This document shows, in pieces, positions 34,501 to 36,930 of a stretch of 36,930 nt of DNA. Position numbers and translations under genes: made by a program. This stretch comes from an uncultured Gammaproteobacteria bacterium (GTDB lineage Bacteria > Patescibacteriota > Patescibacteriia > UBA9934). The stretch spans positions 1 to 36,930 of the forward strand of contig CAZYCR010000003.1 in assembly GCA_964645815.1 (NCBI GenBank), read 5' to 3'. Below the pieces are notes generated by a model. The model was not told the DNA's origin. It saw only the letters and a program-made list of their open reading frames with translations, and made no database searches. The number at the start of each line of letters is the position of its first letter. Within the stretch, counting starts at the first letter, position 1.

Positions 34501-36930
34501 TGTTGGCAGTCCACGTGAATTAACAGTTGATGGCTTTGAGGCGATTGAGGTTGGCAGAAGTATCTACGTTGCTGCACCAAATATTGCCGGCAGCCAGATT
34601 TATCCAAATATTTACGTTCTTTCTTATAATGAACTAGCCAGCTCGAGTACTGTTGAAATTTATAATCAGCTGGTTGAAAATTTCAGTCTACTGATTAATA
34701 AAACCGTAAATCTTTGTCGTCGAGCCGATGGCGGTTATACTCATACGGTTTGTTCCTCAGATTGGGACTGTCTTGGTGATGCCGAAGCTGTTGAATGTGG
34801 CGCTGATGGTTTGAAACTTCGTCGTGACATGAAGCGTTTAACTGATCTAACGCATCTGTCCAAGGTCATTTCCACTTACGGCAGCGACAATCGACGATGT
34901 TCCTTAACGACATCACAAGTTTGTACCACGGCTCAGGATTGTCCGGGTACGGAAACTTGTTTGCCAAGCACACCGCAATTATCATCTGGTACGTTCCTGC
35001 GATCCGGTTCAGCCAGCACCTGGAACTCTTGGAATAATGAATTGGCAGGAACTTTGGGCGAAAGCATCCCGGCTGATCCACTCAATGGTTATGCCGGCAG
35101 TTGTGGAGATGGTACAGACTATCCTGGTTTTACTGCTGCAACTTGTACCAATGAAACCAGTGGTCAATATGTTTGCCCGCTTGGTAGTTACACTTATCAT
35201 TACTTTGCTAAAGGTCAGTTTGGTTATGAACTAAACGTTGATTTGGAATACTCTGGTCAAGGTGAATACTGGGCTTTTCCAATCGATAATGACTTGGGCG
35301 ACAGTAAAGTCCTTCGAGTTAACAATCACGCTGCCGGGGAAGACGGATTTTCCGGTGCGCCATTCTGCGATGGAACCATTTACGGCGCATCCAATATTTG
35401 TGGCGACGGTGTAGTCGGTACAGATGAAGCTTGTGAACTGGGTCAGAGAAGCAATGCTCAGCCGACAACTTGTGCCGATGGTTATCCGGGTACAATTTCT
35501 CAGGTTTGCGCTACTGATTGTTCCGGTTTTGTCGATGCTCCAATCGACCAATGTGTGCCAATTTCTTGTGGTAATGGAGTGAGAGAAATCGGCGAAGAAT
35601 GCGATGACGGTTCATTTAATGGTCGTTACGGTTATTGTGGCAATAATTGTTCTTACACCAATGCACTTTATTGTGGCGATGGTTCTCTGGCTGCTGGAGA
35701 AATTTGTGATTGCGGCTCAACAGTTGCTTCTGGTTTAACCTACGGCGGTTTTTCATGCAATAAAGTTAACGGATCTTATAGTACCAACCCGGCTGCCAGC
35801 TGTTCTTGGGATTGCCGCGGGCCGGCTTCTTATTGTGGCGACGGCGTAGTTGATAGTGGCGAGCAGTGCGACGGCACAGTTAACGAGTATGCCGGCAAAC
35901 TATGTGCTGGCTCGATTAGTTTGCGCTTTGGACAGACTTGTGAAAACGATGCGCAATGTCCAACCTTTGACGGAGGAACCTCGGCTTGTGGTTCAAATTT
36001 GGCTAATTATAGCTGGGCTAATGAATGTCCAACGACAACTGTTTGTATTGCCGGTGATCCTCTTCGCATTGGCTACCCATGTCAAACTGACATTGATTGT
36101 GGCGCGACTGGTGTTTGCTCACAAAATCCGGTAGAAACCACGCGTACCATGACTTGTTTGGACGACGGAGCTGCTGGTGAACAATGCAAATGGCAGTCAA
36201 ACACCTGGCGTTCAATTGATTGTAAAGCAGCGACTTCTTGCGGTAATGGTCAATTAGAACCTGGAGAAGATTGTGATGACGGCAACAATGACACCAATGA
36301 CAGTTGTACCAATGAGTGTCGCTTAAATGTTTGTGGCGATGGTTATCTCTATCTTGGTATTGAAGACTGTGATTCTGGTGATGAGAACGGACAACTCTGT
36401 TCTGCTGCCTACAACTCAAGCTGCAGTTATTGTTCATCCAGCTGTAAACTACTGACAACTTCTGGAACTTTCTGTGGTGATAATATTATCAACGGTGGGG
36501 AATATTGCGATGGCAGTTCAGTGCCACTTGGTTTTGGAATCTGTAATGGCGGTGACAATAATGGCGAGATTTGTTCTGCTGACGGGGATTGCCCAGGCTT
36601 TAGTTGTTCATTCCCGGTTTGTGCTAATGACTGTCGAACTTCGTGTCCAACGACTTATAAGTTTGCCAGTATTGAAATGAGGACTAATCAAACAGGTGCG
36701 CCACGAACAACTGCGGTTGAGCTGGAGTCAGCATTATTGGAAAGCCAGAATTTTAATATTGATACAGCAACTCTTTATCTGCCACAATGCAATGCAGCCA
36801 CTGCTTTACGTGGCGATGTAATTTTTGAAAATATTGATTTTTCCAACGCTTACGTAGTTTTTGTCACAGATCTTTCGAGTTCCATGAGTACAATTGTAGG
36901 TAGTGAACAGAGCGGCAACCAGATCACTCT
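28592..36930 (+). CDS. giant surface protein (partial, >2779 aa): pilin-like head, Ig-like domains, 4 IPT/TIG repeats, two arrays of Cys-rich CGxG..CDDGN..DGCS repeats, vWA domain starting at the window edge
   Basis: Hand translation from the ATG at 28592 meets no stop up to base 36930 (2779 codons plus 2 nt). All + strand track ORFs after 28588 lie in another frame (coordinate mod 3 = 0), whereas this ORF is in mod 3 = 2. That fits an open frame that went unreported because it has no stop in the window. Confidence 0.9.
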   Translation, partial: MTKKILTISLLFLATLTVGLILMHTPTLAQVDTGLETVGTEAGLAGDSLGLIIGRIIQVILGILGVVLLGFMIYGGYLWMTAAGSDEKVARAKKVLVNATIGLIIALASFAITTYVISAVGGNAGGGGGTGGGGGGGSGIGLGHGSVALFTVTGFQPDGEVPIRNIALQITFSKTVDETTIDGAVHVRRADSGEEVAGSLEVNYNRVTFRPSTACPAPDEDRFCFDENTTYNVLVDSSIESQTGLQLNCASGCSSSFTSGSIVDTDNPSVELTYPQSGARIAAGAVSLVEAMAEDDAGLSGVDFLSEEQIFDSVLVTSEETGSPLSAIVESYWETSGLPEDNYYTLRVTAFDLAGNTDEDSLRVKINPSSCSNGRLDADLGETGLDCGGSCGECDGATCEINDACSSGLCLTGTCTTLPTILSVTPSNGAPGTYVTISGTDFGSSGGYVEFTAIGGGTVAATIPSCSNGWSAAEVVVEVPNEAIDGPISLTTRNNLFDSTDNEFGPIINNFDVNTTLRPSICRLSPTAGVAGSTLNLFGKNFGGSQGTSDIRFNNDLAATYPAWSDGSASAVVPNLAATNYGVAVNVGGVLSNSLNFNLGSTGEGGTGGTGGTGTSDQPIISYLSPGDGGVGQYVTIVGSGFGDLVGSVFFENQLTGELAQGAIDFPALCLDDFWNNQEITVIVPVNYTNGSAVDLGAYEVYVARQDGAVSPRANFTVTSAEPLPGLCRIVPNRAETGTSVTLIGDGFGNNPGSITFYNEAGALNIASWRDGEVEVSVPAAASSGPVHLTSAAGGRSNEVNFEVGAAIVPGEEVTVGAAAYAWSFSTGILPRTPELAIACTDTLISGVPNSLFTDAVCVNANVYGEFSVLMQSAALAYGEAVVVEECLNDRCSNTTPVPGSAQISSSTGATTFRWQPSSSYNGGLFKTSTKYQVRITTDATSVAGVPLAQEVVWDFTTSESSDNCTVEKVRVSPIKETLNIQGETTEFAAVASTNDCQVLDADAYAWDWSIDPSVASINDGTCENTSSDACATAAALAEGETPVRATERSSQIFGEGLLIIDYTDPYIINQAPNCGEACVNAEVEANFNVPMDIASVERAGAATLYRCQNELCLSFPEMVSNSAQCVYGEGSVCLGLKFSNLPTLKTGNYYRVVISGDVKSVSGVPLTRTNYGDDYSWTFRVRDSAEACSISRIDLLPSDVTLKNIGDRQIFAVAAYGEADSCSVAGQKLSSSNYNWNWEDPIIDRAGVAEWLKVNGVLLDSSISSGVSGCTSSCLPTGSQPYGGVCGNGVLDVGEDCDDSNITDGDGCSSICLAEGHLPGSICGDGVIANISGAGEECDDGNTDDGDGCSAQCTREGSASVGATCGNNDVARNEFGAGEDCDDGNRSSGDGCSSVCLNEGTPKIVSILATCGNNVIEPPFESCDDGNLANNDGCSSVCVREGLIAGATCGNGTVERNSFTSAGEDCDGGEGCGRDCRWLGSSFNYSEPSVCADGIAGIGEYDQCEIGAAGDGRPDGSQVAIISEGAGEFVDPDLSKAEATIRVSTPSSSLSGRATLALSCVAETDADCEDGYGPADNRCCLARPNPDLFPAGNDVCRNAAIYAIFDQRMDLNSFNGNAYVRLVGGSCPSSHEVALGDNASWLARLWQKISNFVAPELLAQSAGDCLLPLSGFSQFERPDGTFQVIFNYSVALETNSEYEIVLEGDQLGDIADNGRALADGILSASGVAMEGSRVHHFITSDRLCDLSRVEVLDSFSEHPGVFRTANEPHDLFATALTNHNGSYEELQPIPGVYEWEWADWQEDTNGRFVTLSNQNNNTVTASSTEDSGRSHVTATARLTTDTINNSIDPTSGFGQSVSGDISFTAVICNNPWPAYGTDFPYENNDFNFSLYYCRDSGGRETDDDLPALAAPVESPASGSGIVLGEYFFRVLPNLPDLVPTNRSNDAIGLRIAENPNYLSPTDWYFENGFVGSPRELTVDGFEAIEVGRSIYVAAPNIAGSQIYPNIYVLSYNELASSSTVEIYNQLVENFSLLINKTVNLCRRADGGYTHTVCSSDWDCLGDAEAVECGADGLKLRRDMKRLTDLTHLSKVISTYGSDNRRCSLTTSQVCTTAQDCPGTETCLPSTPQLSSGTFLRSGSASTWNSWNNELAGTLGESIPADPLNGYAGSCGDGTDYPGFTAATCTNETSGQYVCPLGSYTYHYFAKGQFGYELNVDLEYSGQGEYWAFPIDNDLGDSKVLRVNNHAAGEDGFSGAPFCDGTIYGASNICGDGVVGTDEACELGQRSNAQPTTCADGYPGTISQVCATDCSGFVDAPIDQCVPISCGNGVREIGEECDDGSFNGRYGYCGNNCSYTNALYCGDGSLAAGEICDCGSTVASGLTYGGFSCNKVNGSYSTNPAASCSWDCRGPASYCGDGVVDSGEQCDGTVNEYAGKLCAGSISLRFGQTCENDAQCPTFDGGTSACGSNLANYSWANECPTTTVCIAGDPLRIGYPCQTDIDCGATGVCSQNPVETTRTMTCLDDGAAGEQCKWQSNTWRSIDCKAATSCGNGQLEPGEDCDDGNNDTNDSCTNECRLNVCGDGYLYLGIEDCDSGDENGQLCSAAYNSSCSYCSSSCKLLTTSGTFCGDNIINGGEYCDGSSVPLGFGICNGGDNNGEICSADGDCPGFSCSFPVCANDCRTSCPTTYKFASIEMRTNQTGAPRTTAVELESALLESQNFNIDTATLYLPQCNAATALRGDVIFENIDFSNAYVVFVTDLSSSMSTIVGSEQSGNQIT
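29843..31006 (+). repeat. four tandem IPT/TIG-like domains inside the giant ORF
   Basis: Recurrent openings: ILSVTPSNGAPGTYVTISGTDFG, ICRLSPTAGVAGSTLNLFGKNFG, IISYLSPGDGGVGQYVTIVGSGFG, LCRIVPNRAETGTSVTLIGDGFG. Confidence 0.7.
32450..33110 (+). repeat. array 1 of six Cys-rich repeats (CGNG..GE.CDDGN...DGCS..C)
   Basis: Repeat-initial TGT/TGC codons at 32450, 32561, 32687, 32825, 32939 and 33065, giving periods of 37-46 codons. Example: CGNGVLDVGEDCDDSNITDGDGCSSICLAEG. Confidence 0.85.
35399..36650 (+). repeat. array 2 of more divergent Cys-rich repeats
   Basis: CGDGVVGTDEACE, CGNGVREIGEECDDGSFNGRYGYCGNNC, CGDGSLAAGEICDCG, CGDGVVDSGEQCDG, CGNGQLEPGEDCDDGNNDTNDSCTNEC, CGDGYLYLGIEDCDSG, CGDNIINGGEYCDG. 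Confidence 0.8.

Noticed and set aside
34511-34519. parS-like half sites (ccacgtgaa here, tcacgtgga at 12815-12823), sought because parAB are present.
   Set aside because: These are only partial matches to the TGTTTCACGTGAAACA-type palindrome, and both lie inside coding sequence. I found no full parS by eye.
1-36930. Alternative genetic code (UGA recoding, as in some candidate phyla) as an explanation for the apparently ORF-free 8 kb at the 3' end.
   Set aside because: TGA terminates orphan A and the HEPN gene at sensible positions. The giant frame contains no in-frame TGA, TAA or TAG at all. The gap in the track is explained by the ORF running off the window.
26861-36930. Diversity-generating retroelement targeting the surface proteins.
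   Set aside because: There is no reverse transcriptase gene and no template/variable repeat pair visible in the window. The true C-terminus, where a variable region would sit, lies outside the window.

Overview
This is a bacterial window of low-to-moderate GC. Hand-counted 60-nt lines of ordinary genes give about 40-45% G+C. The genetic code is standard: TGA, TAA and TAG all end genes, and there is no sign of recoding. Gene content and style suggest a reduced-genome Patescibacteria/CPR-type organism, but that is inference only.

Layout:
- 1-15.2 kb is a housekeeping block. It holds parA-parB, a small membrane protein plus a C-terminally short Rel/SpoT, and an acidic coiled-coil orphan. A long minus-strand run follows (topA, folC, dprA, pth, der, LCP), then lepB-hisS.
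- 15.3-16.6 kb holds rpsU, bracketed by two small, strikingly GC-rich orphan genes. Each has its own host-like promoter, SD and strong terminator.
- 17.1-25.9 kb is a seven-gene, tightly coupled type I restriction-modification operon: MerR-HTH::hsdM, a 2-TM protein, hsdS, a HEPN-motif protein in the PrrC position, hsdR, a DUF45/COG1451 zinc hydrolase, and a Cas4-like PD-(D/E)XK nuclease.
- After yqeY comes a roughly 450-nt non-coding region dense in hairpins and repeats. It shares a perfect 23-nt repeat with the rpsU 3' region.
- Two tandem surface proteins with paralogous VirB2/TrbC-like pilin heads follow. One is 575 aa. The other is a giant ORF running from 28592 past the window end (>2779 aa); it is absent from the supplied ORF track because it has no stop inside the window.

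I saw no rRNA, tRNA, CRISPR array, transposase or integrase.
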